A stretch of DNA of 64,000 bases from Lachnospiraceae bacterium (GTDB lineage Bacteria; Bacillota; Clostridia; Lachnospirales; Lachnospiraceae): NCBI GenBank assembly GCA_017474455.1, contig JAFVHP010000029.1:16942-80941 (forward strand), written 5' to 3'. Shown one piece after another: positions 9,825 through 19,034 of the stretch. The position numbers were made by a program, and so were the translations under genes. Every line of letters starts with the position of its first letter. Position 1 is the first letter of the stretch. A model generated the notes under the pieces. The model had not been told where the DNA came from. It saw only the letters and a list, made by a program, of their open reading frames with translations, and ran no database searches.

Positions 9825-9905
9825 ACCCGGATATAAATCAGCATCTGTTTATGCTAGACTGATTTTGGGAATAAACATAAAACTAGTGTGAAGGGGGACA
9901 GCACT

Positions 9906-11156
9906 ATGCAGAAAGAAAGAGTAAAAGTAGGCGTTGTAGGCTGCGGCGGTATCTGTAAGGCGACCTACATGAACAACATGGTCAATACCTTCAATATCAT
10001 TGAAGTCGTTGGCTGCGCAGACCAGCTCGACAAGCGTGCCCAGTGGATGGCAGATCACTACGGGATCAAAAAAATGACGGTGGAAGAACTGATGAACGAT
10101 CCCGAGATCGAGGTCGTTGTCAACCTTACCTATCCCGAATCCCATGTTGCGATCTCCAAGATGGCTTTCGAGCACGGCAAGGGCGTTTACTGTGAAAAGA
10201 TGATGGCTCCTACATTCGAGGAAGCCAAAATGCTCTATGACCTTGCAAAGGAAAAGGGCCTCATGTACACGACGGCTCCCGATACCTTCCTCGGCGCATG
10301 GGAACAGTCCGCGAGAAAGTATCTTGATGACGGCATTATCGGCAAACCTGTTACCGTGCATGCACAGGTGACCATGCATTACAATCCCGAGACTCCGTTC
10401 TTCGATACGAAACCGAAGCATTTCTTCTTCCCGCTGCACTACGGCGGAGGTTTCCCCTTCGATCTGGGCGGATATTATATCCATGAAATGATCAATCTGT
10501 TCGGGACGATCAAGAGAGTTTCCGGTTTCGGCGGCAATCTCCAGCCCCAGCGTATTTATGAGAATCCCAACCATCCCAAGTACGGTGAGATCTTTGAAGT
10601 CAACACACCTACGACACTGTGTGCGGCTCTCGAATTCGAATGCGGCGTAGTCGGCACATTCCATATCTCGTCCGATTCGCAGATGAGCCAGGCGTTCATG
10701 GTAACAGGTACGAATGGCGTCCTGCACCTCGGCGATCCGAATATGTTCAACAGTGTCATATCTGTCACACGTCCCGGCGCACAGCCTCCGATGGAAATGA
10801 TCAGACCGGGTGAACAGCCGAAGATGGCGGCTGCAGCAGCAGTCGAAGAAGATGATGATGTCCAGCAGCTTGCCGAATTTACACCGATGCAGACACTGGA
10901 TCTTCCTTTACTTCACGGATTCTATGAATCCAGCCGCGGCGTAGGCCTTGCCGATATGTGCTACGCGATCCGCAACGGAAGACGTCCCCGCTGCCATGCC
11001 GATATCGGCCTGCATGCGATCGAGGTCATCCACGGGATCCAGGAATCCTGCACGACTGGCAAAGTTTATGAGATGACGACCAGGTGCGAACGCCCTGCCA
11101 TGATCGCACCTTCTGCGTTTGAGGTCGACTGTCAGGAACGTACGCTCGACGACTGA
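9906..11156 (+). CDS. Gfo/Idh/MocA family NAD(P)-dependent oxidoreductase
   Basis: Rossmann motif VGVVGCGGI, VYCEKMMA, APDTFLG, FDLGGYY. RBS before ATG 9906. Confidence 0.9.
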   Translation: MQKERVKVGVVGCGGICKATYMNNMVNTFNIIEVVGCADQLDKRAQWMADHYGIKKMTVEELMNDPEIEVVVNLTYPESHVAISKMAFEHGKGVYCEKMMAPTFEEAKMLYDLAKEKGLMYTTAPDTFLGAWEQSARKYLDDGIIGKPVTVHAQVTMHYNPETPFFDTKPKHFFFPLHYGGGFPFDLGGYYIHEMINLFGTIKRVSGFGGNLQPQRIYENPNHPKYGEIFEVNTPTTLCAALEFECGVVGTFHISSDSQMSQAFMVTGTNGVLHLGDPNMFNSVISVTRPGAQPPMEMIRPGEQPKMAAAAAVEEDDDVQQLAEFTPMQTLDLPLLHGFYESSRGVGLADMCYAIRNGRRPRCHADIGLHAIEVIHGIQESCTTGKVYEMTTRCERPAMIAPSAFEVDCQERTLDD

Positions 11157-11193
11157 TCCCGGATCATCTGACAGAATAAAAGAGTAAGATGCG

Positions 11194-11233
11194 GCAGAGC
11201 TGTATCCTCAGGAGAGGATATGGCTCTGCTCTT
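11194..11233 (+). terminator. 15-bp hairpin after the oxidoreductase (weak U-tract)
   Basis: GCAGAGCTGTATCCT / AGGATATGGCTCTGC, with two G-U pairs. Confidence 0.5.
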
Positions 11234-11278
11234 GTAAAGAACAGACGAAAAAACACGGTAAAGAACAGGAATTTAAAT

Positions 11279-12718
11279 ATGGCTGGTCATGATAAGACTT
11301 TGAAAGAAGAGAACGGAACAGGTACACAGGTGCGCCCGAAGATACAGGCCGGCGTGGATTTCATTAACGGGAATATCCCGAAGGAGATGCTGAAGTTCGC
11401 ATTGCCGATCCTCGCATCCGTCCTTTTCCAGAATTTCTACCATACGATCGATACTGTCATCGTCGGGCATGTGCTCGGGGAGACACAGCTTGCGGCGATC
11501 GGTGCCGCCGGCCCCTTTTATAATCTCCTGATCGGTATGGCGCTCGGTATGGGAAGCGGAATGTCGATCGTTGTGGGACGAAGTTACGGAAAAGGCGACA
11601 GTGCACTGATCAAAAGAAGTGTGGCCACAGCCATTAAGATCGCTGCCTGCATGGCGCTGCTCGTAACGGTAACTGCCCAGCTGATCTACAGACCGGTGCT
11701 GCGGCTCTTGCGGACACCTGTGGAAGCGTACGGCGGCGCTTCGGATTATATCAGCATCATCACCCTGTTCGCGGCCGTTACGATCGCATTCAATCTTTGT
11801 TCCGGACTTCTTTCCGCGATAGGCAATTCGCTGATGCCCATGGTGTTCCTTATTGCCGCGAACGGGCTCAATATCGTATTGGATATCGTTTTCGTCGCCG
11901 GCTTCGGTATGGGCATACGCGGGGCTGCCTTCGCGACGATCATTTCCCAGCTGATCGCGGCGGTCATCAGCCTGATCTATATTTCCAGCAAATGCCGCAT
12001 CCTGATCCCGGAAAAGGATTCTTTTGAGAGAGACGGTGCCCTCTATAAGGAGATGCTTCAGCAGGGTCTGGCCTCTTCGATGATGAACTCCCTTGTCGCG
12101 CTGGGGACGCTGACCCTGCAGGGAGGTATCAACAGCCTCGGATATCTTTATATAGCCGGACATACGACGGCCAGGAAAGTATATGAATACACGATCATGT
12201 TCAATATGACAGTCTCCCAGACGCTGATCGCCTTCTGCTCCCAGAACAAAGGCGCCGGGAACTGGAACAGGATCAGGAAAGGCAGAAGATACGGTATCTT
12301 CTTCAATTTTGTCATGGTCGTGATCCTGACCTGCATCATGGCCTTTGCCGCACCGGCACTGATCAGGCTCGTTTCGGGATCAAACGACCCGGTCGTGGTG
12401 GAAAACGGTGCGAAATACCTGCGGTTCACAACGCCCTGTGTCATGATCCTGGCAACGATGAACTGTACCAGGATGCCGCTTTTGGCCATCGGCAACAAGC
12501 TCGTGCCGGTCGTTGCAGGTCTGGTCGAATTTGTCTGGAAGGTGATCTTCGTTATCTTCATGATACCCAGGTTCGGCTATAACGCGGTCATCGTGGCGGA
12601 GCCGGTCATCTGGGTATGCATGCTGTTATGGCTGCTTTTGAGTTATTACAGGATCGACGAACTAAAGCCGCAAAAAGAGGATGCGATACTGCCGGAAATT
12701 TTCGGATCCAGGTCCTGA
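11279..12718 (+). CDS. MATE family efflux transporter
   Basis: KFALPILASVLFQNFYHTIDTVIVG, NIVLDIVFVAGFGMGIRGAAFATIISQ, about 12 TM segments. Start at 11279 preferred over 11189. Confidence 0.92.
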   Translation: MAGHDKTLKEENGTGTQVRPKIQAGVDFINGNIPKEMLKFALPILASVLFQNFYHTIDTVIVGHVLGETQLAAIGAAGPFYNLLIGMALGMGSGMSIVVGRSYGKGDSALIKRSVATAIKIAACMALLVTVTAQLIYRPVLRLLRTPVEAYGGASDYISIITLFAAVTIAFNLCSGLLSAIGNSLMPMVFLIAANGLNIVLDIVFVAGFGMGIRGAAFATIISQLIAAVISLIYISSKCRILIPEKDSFERDGALYKEMLQQGLASSMMNSLVALGTLTLQGGINSLGYLYIAGHTTARKVYEYTIMFNMTVSQTLIAFCSQNKGAGNWNRIRKGRRYGIFFNFVMVVILTCIMAFAAPALIRLVSGSNDPVVVENGAKYLRFTTPCVMILATMNCTRMPLLAIGNKLVPVVAGLVEFVWKVIFVIFMIPRFGYNAVIVAEPVIWVCMLLWLLLSYYRIDELKPQKEDAILPEIFGSRS

Positions 12719-12824
12719 TCCTGCGAAACCTTTCCGCATTTGCTGCGGTATATCAGATGAAAGCAATTAATGACCGGTCGTAAGACCGGTCATTATCATT
12801 CCTGCACAAAGAAGGAGAGGGACT

Positions 12825-14510
12825 ATGAAAAAAGGACATACAGCAATAGTATTCTGTCTTTCGGTCATGCTGGCTGTTGTCTCCGGCTGCAGCATGACGG
12901 CAAAAGGTACTGTGCGGCCGGACAGTGCGGCCGGAAAAGCCGGAACTGCAGCGGCGGCTGAAGCTGCCGCGGAAGAAGCTGTAACGGAAGAAGTATATGA
13001 AGGAGATATCGGGTCTATACCTTGTGAAACTGAAGTGTATGAGGCATATGAAATGCCGGCCATGGCCACGGCACTCTTCGCGTATGGACCTGAAGGGGAA
13101 ATGTGGGCTGAGGATCATGAGTTCAATACGGAAGAGTACAGCTATACAAAGGAGAATCCTTTCCGCTCGGTGAGGACAGCACCGTTTTCCACTTTTGCTG
13201 CCGACGTCGATACGGCTTCCTATGCCAATATGCGGCGGCAGATACTGCAGAACGGCAGTGTAGTCCCGGATTCTGTCCGGATCGAGGAAATGATCAATTA
13301 TTTCCACTATGATTATCCGGAACCGGAAGGAGAAGAACCGTTTTCCGTTACTGTTGAGATCACGGACTGCCCCTGGAACGAAGATACACAGCTGATGATG
13401 ATCGGCCTTCAGGCAAAGAAGCCCGATACGGAAAATATGCCGCAGTCCAACCTGGTATTTTTGATCGACGTCTCGGGGTCCATGGATGAAAAGAATAAGC
13501 TCCCTCTGGTGCAGCGCTCCTTTATGACGCTGGTGGAAAACCTGGATAAAGATGACCGTGTCTCCGTCATAACGTATTCATCGGGCGAAGAGATCGTACT
13601 TGACGGCGTTCCGGCAGGAGAAAAGGACAGGATCATGTCCGCCATAGAAGAGCTTGAAGCCTATGGATCCACAAACGGTGAAAACGCGCTCAACATGGCG
13701 TATGAGATCGCTGAGAAGAACTATATCAAAAACGGGAACAACCGGATCATCATGGCGACCGACGGAGATTTCAACGTCGGGATAACCAGCGAAGGAGAAC
13801 TGACCAGACTGATACAGCAGAAAGCCCGGGGCGGGATATCATTGTCAGTCCTCGGATACGGCATGGGCAATTACAAAGACAACAAGCTGGAATCGCTGGC
13901 AGACCATGGAAGAGGAAACTATGCCTATATCGACTCCATAGACGAAGCCAGGAAGGTTCTGGTGGAGGAGGCGGGAGGCACACTGTTCAGCGTTGCCAAA
14001 GACGTAAAACTCCAGTTGGAATTCAATCCCGGGAAGATCAAAGGATACAGGCTGATCGGGTATGAAAACCGGGCAATGGCGGCAGAGGAATTTGCCGATG
14101 ACACAAAGACCGGAGGGGAGATCGGCGCCGGTCACCAGGTGACTGTTCTTTATGAACTGGTGCCTGCGGACTCTTCCTTTGAGATCCCGGAAGTGGACTC
14201 GAAATATGCGTCAGATGCGGCAGAGAACAGTACGGATGAGCTCCTCACTCTGAATATCCGGTATAAAGAGCCGGATAGGGATGAGAGCAGACTCCTTGCA
14301 TTCCCGGTGACTGAGGACGCTGTTTCGGAAAGTATGAGTGAGAGTATGAACTGGGCGGCCGGCACAGCCCAGGCGGGCATGATCATGAAAGGTTCCGCCT
14401 ATGCGGGGACATCATCGATCGAAGACATCCGGGAAAGGTTAAAGCCGCTGTCAACGGATGATTTCCGGGATGAATTCCTGTATCTCTTAAGGAAATACAA
14501 CGCGGAATAA
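12825..14510 (+). CDS. VWA-domain lipoprotein (YfbK-like, with DUF3520-type C-terminus)
   Basis: Lipobox VSGC, PFSTFAADVDTASY, RIEEMINYF, MIDAS DVSGSM, ATDGDFNVG, LIGYENR. Confidence 0.88.
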   Translation: MKKGHTAIVFCLSVMLAVVSGCSMTAKGTVRPDSAAGKAGTAAAAEAAAEEAVTEEVYEGDIGSIPCETEVYEAYEMPAMATALFAYGPEGEMWAEDHEFNTEEYSYTKENPFRSVRTAPFSTFAADVDTASYANMRRQILQNGSVVPDSVRIEEMINYFHYDYPEPEGEEPFSVTVEITDCPWNEDTQLMMIGLQAKKPDTENMPQSNLVFLIDVSGSMDEKNKLPLVQRSFMTLVENLDKDDRVSVITYSSGEEIVLDGVPAGEKDRIMSAIEELEAYGSTNGENALNMAYEIAEKNYIKNGNNRIIMATDGDFNVGITSEGELTRLIQQKARGGISLSVLGYGMGNYKDNKLESLADHGRGNYAYIDSIDEARKVLVEEAGGTLFSVAKDVKLQLEFNPGKIKGYRLIGYENRAMAAEEFADDTKTGGEIGAGHQVTVLYELVPADSSFEIPEVDSKYASDAAENSTDELLTLNIRYKEPDRDESRLLAFPVTEDAVSESMSESMNWAAGTAQAGMIMKGSAYAGTSSIEDIRERLKPLSTDDFRDEFLYLLRKYNAE

Positions 14511-14537
14511 TAGAAGATAAAAAACGGTCTGCCGGGG

Positions 14538-14576
14538 GAACTGCAACAGGAATGTGTTTTCTGTTGCAGTTCTTTT
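14538..14576 (+). terminator. Intrinsic terminator after the VWA gene
   Basis: Perfect 12-bp stem GAACTGCAACAG/CTGTTGCAGTTC followed by TTTT. Confidence 0.75.
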
Positions 14577-14696
14577 ATATACAGACGCCATTATTCAACA
14601 TGGGACACAGAGCATGCAAATCATGAAAACTGACTGCAGTATCAGGGTGAGATAATACTATACAGATACAGACCAATACACAAAGGAGGGTTTCAC

Positions 14697-15791
14697 GTGA
14701 AGACAGATCATGATATCAAGCTGGGCGTTTCGCTCTATTCTTATCAGGACAATTATTACTTCCACAGGCTGGATACAGAAGGATGTATTGCGGCGGCAGC
14801 CGATGCCGGCGCTGAAGGTTTCGAGATCTTTTCCGATGCCATGATACCTGAATGGCCTTATGTTTCCGACGAATGGATCGACAGATTTAACGGATGGAAA
14901 TATCGTTACAATATTGAAGCAGTCTGCCTTGACCATTTCTCAGACCGCGCGATGTGGCATGATAAACTGCTGACCGACGAAGAACTGATCGAGCGCAGCA
15001 AACTGTACATCAAGACGGCTGCAAGGCTTGGCTGCACGCATGTCCGTATGCTTCATGACAACCATATGGGTGAGCGTATTTCGGACAAATTCCCGCCCTA
15101 CCGCCTTGCTGATGCGAAGATCTGCGAAGAGCTTCTTCCTTATGCCGCAGAACACAACATCGTAATGGCACTGGAATGCCATGCACCCGGTTCCGTAGCG
15201 GATAAGTGCCAGGAAGCCTACCTGGAAGCAGCTGACCGCCTTGGCCTTCCTTTTATCGGCCTGCAGGCTGATTTTTCGACCTATGAGTACAGGATCAGCA
15301 TGGCTGACCTCAACGGTTATGTCCGCAATGAAGGGATGACCAGGGAGGTACTGGAGGCTATGCGTGAGTTCCAGACAAAATGCTATGCGGAAAAGAGAGG
15401 ATTTGTCCTTGACGAATTCATGCCCGAACTGGAGAAGATCGGCCTGTCCGACACAGACCGCGCAATGCTTCCCAGAGTCGCGAGAGGCGAGGGCCCTTAC
15501 GGTTCGAACAAGAACAATTCTTATGAGACCCTTAAAAACTATGCATCAAAGATCTGCTATGTCCACGGAAAATTCTATTATATCGACGAGGATGGAGAAG
15601 TGGACAACATGGATTACACAAGGATCCTTACAGCTCTGAAAGAGGGCGGATATAAGGGCTATATCAACTCCGAGTTTGAAGGCAACCGCAGAATGAATGA
15701 TTCCGGATGGTGCAACGAGATCGAATATGTCAGAAAGCAGCATGTCCTCATGCGCAGGATCCTCGGCTATCCCGAACCGGTCTTTGACTGA
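14697..15791 (+). CDS. C-glycoside deglycosidase alpha subunit-like (sugar phosphate isomerase/epimerase TIM barrel; DfgA/DgpC/CarB-like)
   Basis: GTG start with RBS AAGGAGGG. KLGVSLYSYQ, GAEGFEI, putative metal ligands in ALECH, QADFS, YVHGKF, INSEFEG. Directly followed by a DUF6379-like gene. Confidence 0.8.
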   Translation: MKTDHDIKLGVSLYSYQDNYYFHRLDTEGCIAAAADAGAEGFEIFSDAMIPEWPYVSDEWIDRFNGWKYRYNIEAVCLDHFSDRAMWHDKLLTDEELIERSKLYIKTAARLGCTHVRMLHDNHMGERISDKFPPYRLADAKICEELLPYAAEHNIVMALECHAPGSVADKCQEAYLEAADRLGLPFIGLQADFSTYEYRISMADLNGYVRNEGMTREVLEAMREFQTKCYAEKRGFVLDEFMPELEKIGLSDTDRAMLPRVARGEGPYGSNKNNSYETLKNYASKICYVHGKFYYIDEDGEVDNMDYTRILTALKEGGYKGYINSEFEGNRRMNDSGWCNEIEYVRKQHVLMRRILGYPEPVFD

Positions 15792-15841
15792 TGCCGCAGC
15801 GGTTTCTTGAACAGAATCGAAGGATTATAAAGGAGATAATC

Positions 15842-16270
15842 ATGGAACAGACCAGAAGAACTTCTACGAACTCGATCTACGAGCCCTATATACTGACCGA
15901 TATCGGCTGCCGCAATATCTGGGAAGCCGGCCACAGAACAGGTTATTGCTTCAACCTGACCATCAATTATTACAGGGGACTTCCTCTCTCCTGCATCGAC
16001 CAGATCACTTTCTGGGTAGACGGCGAGCAGATCGATCCTGAAGATATGTACATCCAGCACAGGGGAAGAGAGTATCATTATCCCGATATCTTAAAGGATG
16101 ATATGGCAACAGACCTTTATTGGGAATTCGGCGGCCTTCTCCGCGTGATAATTAAGAAAAAGGGCGGCATTGCCCAGGGCATTCATCATGTCAAACTGAT
16201 TCTCGGAACGAGGCGTTCCTATACTCCCACGATGGTCGCACAGTGGGAAAAGGATATGACGATCGCCTGA
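15842..16270 (+). CDS. C-glycoside deglycosidase beta subunit-like (DUF6379; DfgB/DgpB/CarC-like)
   Basis: RBS AAAGGAG before ATG 15842. Signature NYYRGLPLSCI..VDGE..YWEFG..KKGGI..G.H.V.L. Confidence 0.82.
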   Translation: MEQTRRTSTNSIYEPYILTDIGCRNIWEAGHRTGYCFNLTINYYRGLPLSCIDQITFWVDGEQIDPEDMYIQHRGREYHYPDILKDDMATDLYWEFGGLLRVIIKKKGGIAQGIHHVKLILGTRRSYTPTMVAQWEKDMTIA

Positions 16271-16431
16271 TACCCATTCGTTTCATTCCTGCGGTGCTTT
16301 TTGCCTGAACCCATGCAGAAGATCTACAGGCGGAAAGCACCGCATTCTCCCGATCGGTATAAGACAGTCCGGAAGGACCCCCAGACCTTCGCGGACAGTT
16401 TTATATAGAACAGCTTCTGCCATCGGCAGTC

Positions 16432-16453
16432 AAGGGCCCTCCGGGGCCCTTTT
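16432..16453 (+). terminator. Intrinsic terminator
   Basis: AAGGGCCC-tccg-GGGCCCTT followed by TT. Confidence 0.65.
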
Positions 16454-16538
16454 GTAATGCTTCATCTTTTCGGAAAAATATGTATTATAATTCTATAATA
16501 TATCTTTCCTGTCCATTTTTATCTGAAAAGGGTCGGAT

Positions 16539-18992
16539 ATGGCTTTCCTGAATACAGAATTCGCATTGACACAGAACCTCTATATTGCCGGCCGGATGGC
16601 TGACAATGCCGCAGTATACTGCTGCGTGCTCGGCAGCGGCACGGCTTCATATGAAGACAGGGAATTCTCCATGCAGAAAGGAGATCTGTTTGCCGTATTT
16701 CCGGGAGACAGATTCTCCCTTGATCTCAGGGGAGGCGCCGCCGCAGCCGCTGCGATATGCCCGGCGGGTATTTTTCAGGAGATCGGGCAGGTGTCCGGAA
16801 CAGAGCTTTTCTGCAACAGTGTCCTCGACACTGCCCATTCGTACAAACCGGTGCGTGACATCCTGGACAGGCTGACAGAGATCAGGATACATGAGACGGA
16901 GCCTTCGGATGTACAGACGGCAGCCTTGATACTGACATTGTTTGATATTGTCTGCAGGACATACAGGAACGAGGGGAAGAATAACACGGACGGATCTGTC
17001 CGGAAAAACGATGCCGACAGAGAGATCGTCCGGAAGGTCGTCAATTATGTGGAGCTGAACTACAAAGATAAGATCAACCTACATGAACTGGCTGATGACA
17101 TGTTCATATCGGTCTCCTCTTTATCCAGGCTGTTCCTGAAACAGAGCGGGATGCTGTTCTCGGATTATGTAAGAAAAGTGAGGCTGGAGAAAGCGGCCGG
17201 CCATCTTTTATCGGGGACGGACAGTGTTTCGAAAGTCTCCATAGATTCAGGATTCGGCAGTCCGGCCTCCTTTACCAGGGCATTTGAGGCCTATTACGGC
17301 ATTTCCCCGGCTTCGTACAGAATGAAAAAAAGCCGTTCGAAAAAAACGGCAGAGAGTTCTGCGCCGGTCCCTGCCAGTGACGGGACGGACAGGGGGAAAC
17401 AGGATGAAGGGCTTATGGACCGGCTCAGGGAAGCCTATGCGGCTGACAGGGGCGACGCCGGGAAAGTTCTGAATATCCATGCGGACATCCGCTACGGACA
17501 GGGGTATAAGAAGACCTGGAACCAGGCGATCAATATCGGCCCGGCCAGGGGACTGGCCATGTCTGGCCTTCAGAACCATATCCGGATCCTTCATGAGGAA
17601 CTGTCGTTCCGGTATGTCCGGATATGGAATATATTTTCAAAAAAACTGATGCTGACCGATGGTATGGCTATCGGACAGTACAATTACCTTATGCTGGATG
17701 AAGTGCTTGATTTCCTTGTTTCGGAGCATATCCGTCCTTTCCTGGATTTCGGAGTCAGGCCGGATGCGGCGCTGGCAAATCCGGGCAACTATATCTTTAT
17801 TGAGAATGAGAATATTGAGTTCGCCTCCCGGGAAGTCTGGGAAGCCATGCTTAGAGATTTCCTGCGGCATATCGTCACAAGGTACGGCAGGGAGGAAGTA
17901 TCCGGCTGGATCTTTGAGTTCTCAAGCGGCTTCGGGGTAGGAAACACACAGTATTACAATGATCCGGATTATTCATTTACAGGGACGTTTCTTTCTGCCT
18001 GCAGGATCGTCAGGGAAATTCTCCCGGACGCCATGTTCGGCGGGCCGATGATGTCCTTCAACCGTGCCGGTTATGATGAACTGGAATCATTCATCAGTGA
18101 ACTGAGGCAGAACGGGTGCACGCCGGATTTCCTGTCCTTTATCATGATACCCCAGGTATTTGGCAGGGAGGACCTGACCGACAGGCAGAAACAGGACTTT
18201 GAAGCCGGACTCATAGGCAGGATCAGACAGCTGATGGTCAAAAACGGATTCGATGGATGCCGCCTTTTTATCTCCGAGTGGAACAGTACTATTTCCAGCC
18301 GGGATTATCTGAATGACAGTACGTTCAGGGCGGCATACTTTGTTGACAGGATACAGCAGATCTGGAATATGGCCGACATGCTGGTGCCGTGGATCGGTAC
18401 GGATATCGTCAGCAATTATTATGACTCCGACAGGCTGGCTAACGGCGGCAACGGCTTTCTCGCCAAGAACGGCATAAAAAAACCGGTGTTCTATGCTTTC
18501 GAATTTATGAATATGATGGGCGAGTATATCCTGGCAAGGGGAGAAGGTTATCTGATCACCCGCTCTGCCAGCGGGGGGATATACTGCCTGCTTTATACTT
18601 ACAGAAATCCCTCGCCCGCTTACGACAGGATGGGAGCGCATGTCTCTTCTCCCGAGATGATAGAAAGCCTCTTTACGGAAAAAGAGGAGACCTGCGATTT
18701 CAGGATCACGGTGGGAGGGCTTGTAAAAGACGGCAGATACATTGTAAAATCAAGGCTCATCTCGGATTCGGAAGGTACGATACTGTCTGAATGGGCGCGC
18801 TTTGGTTATGAACAGCGGCTTACAGGGGATGAAGTCAGTTATATCCGGAACGCCTGTTATCCCAGGATCAGGATGGAGCGGTACGCCGCCAGGGACGGCA
18901 GGATCGTACTGGAGGTCAGCCTTAAGAAACTGGAAATAGTCCTGCTCCACATCCACAGGGATGTGGAAGACGTATACGGTTCTCATATATAA
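16539..18992 (+). CDS. AraC-family regulator fused to a C-terminal GH39-like (beta-xylosidase-fold) domain
   Basis: AraC double HTH (INLHELADDMFISVSSLSRLF..VSIDSGFGSPASFTRAFEAYYGISPASYR), then GH39-like motifs RYVRIWNIF, FISEWNS, GIKKPVFYAF. Confidence 0.85.
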   Translation: MAFLNTEFALTQNLYIAGRMADNAAVYCCVLGSGTASYEDREFSMQKGDLFAVFPGDRFSLDLRGGAAAAAAICPAGIFQEIGQVSGTELFCNSVLDTAHSYKPVRDILDRLTEIRIHETEPSDVQTAALILTLFDIVCRTYRNEGKNNTDGSVRKNDADREIVRKVVNYVELNYKDKINLHELADDMFISVSSLSRLFLKQSGMLFSDYVRKVRLEKAAGHLLSGTDSVSKVSIDSGFGSPASFTRAFEAYYGISPASYRMKKSRSKKTAESSAPVPASDGTDRGKQDEGLMDRLREAYAADRGDAGKVLNIHADIRYGQGYKKTWNQAINIGPARGLAMSGLQNHIRILHEELSFRYVRIWNIFSKKLMLTDGMAIGQYNYLMLDEVLDFLVSEHIRPFLDFGVRPDAALANPGNYIFIENENIEFASREVWEAMLRDFLRHIVTRYGREEVSGWIFEFSSGFGVGNTQYYNDPDYSFTGTFLSACRIVREILPDAMFGGPMMSFNRAGYDELESFISELRQNGCTPDFLSFIMIPQVFGREDLTDRQKQDFEAGLIGRIRQLMVKNGFDGCRLFISEWNSTISSRDYLNDSTFRAAYFVDRIQQIWNMADMLVPWIGTDIVSNYYDSDRLANGGNGFLAKNGIKKPVFYAFEFMNMMGEYILARGEGYLITRSASGGIYCLLYTYRNPSPAYDRMGAHVSSPEMIESLFTEKEETCDFRITVGGLVKDGRYIVKSRLISDSEGTILSEWARFGYEQRLTGDEVSYIRNACYPRIRMERYAARDGRIVLEVSLKKLEIVLLHIHRDVEDVYGSHI

Positions 18993-19034
18993 TGAGTAAA
19001 GTCTGGACCGGAAACACTCATGAAAGGAGCATGC

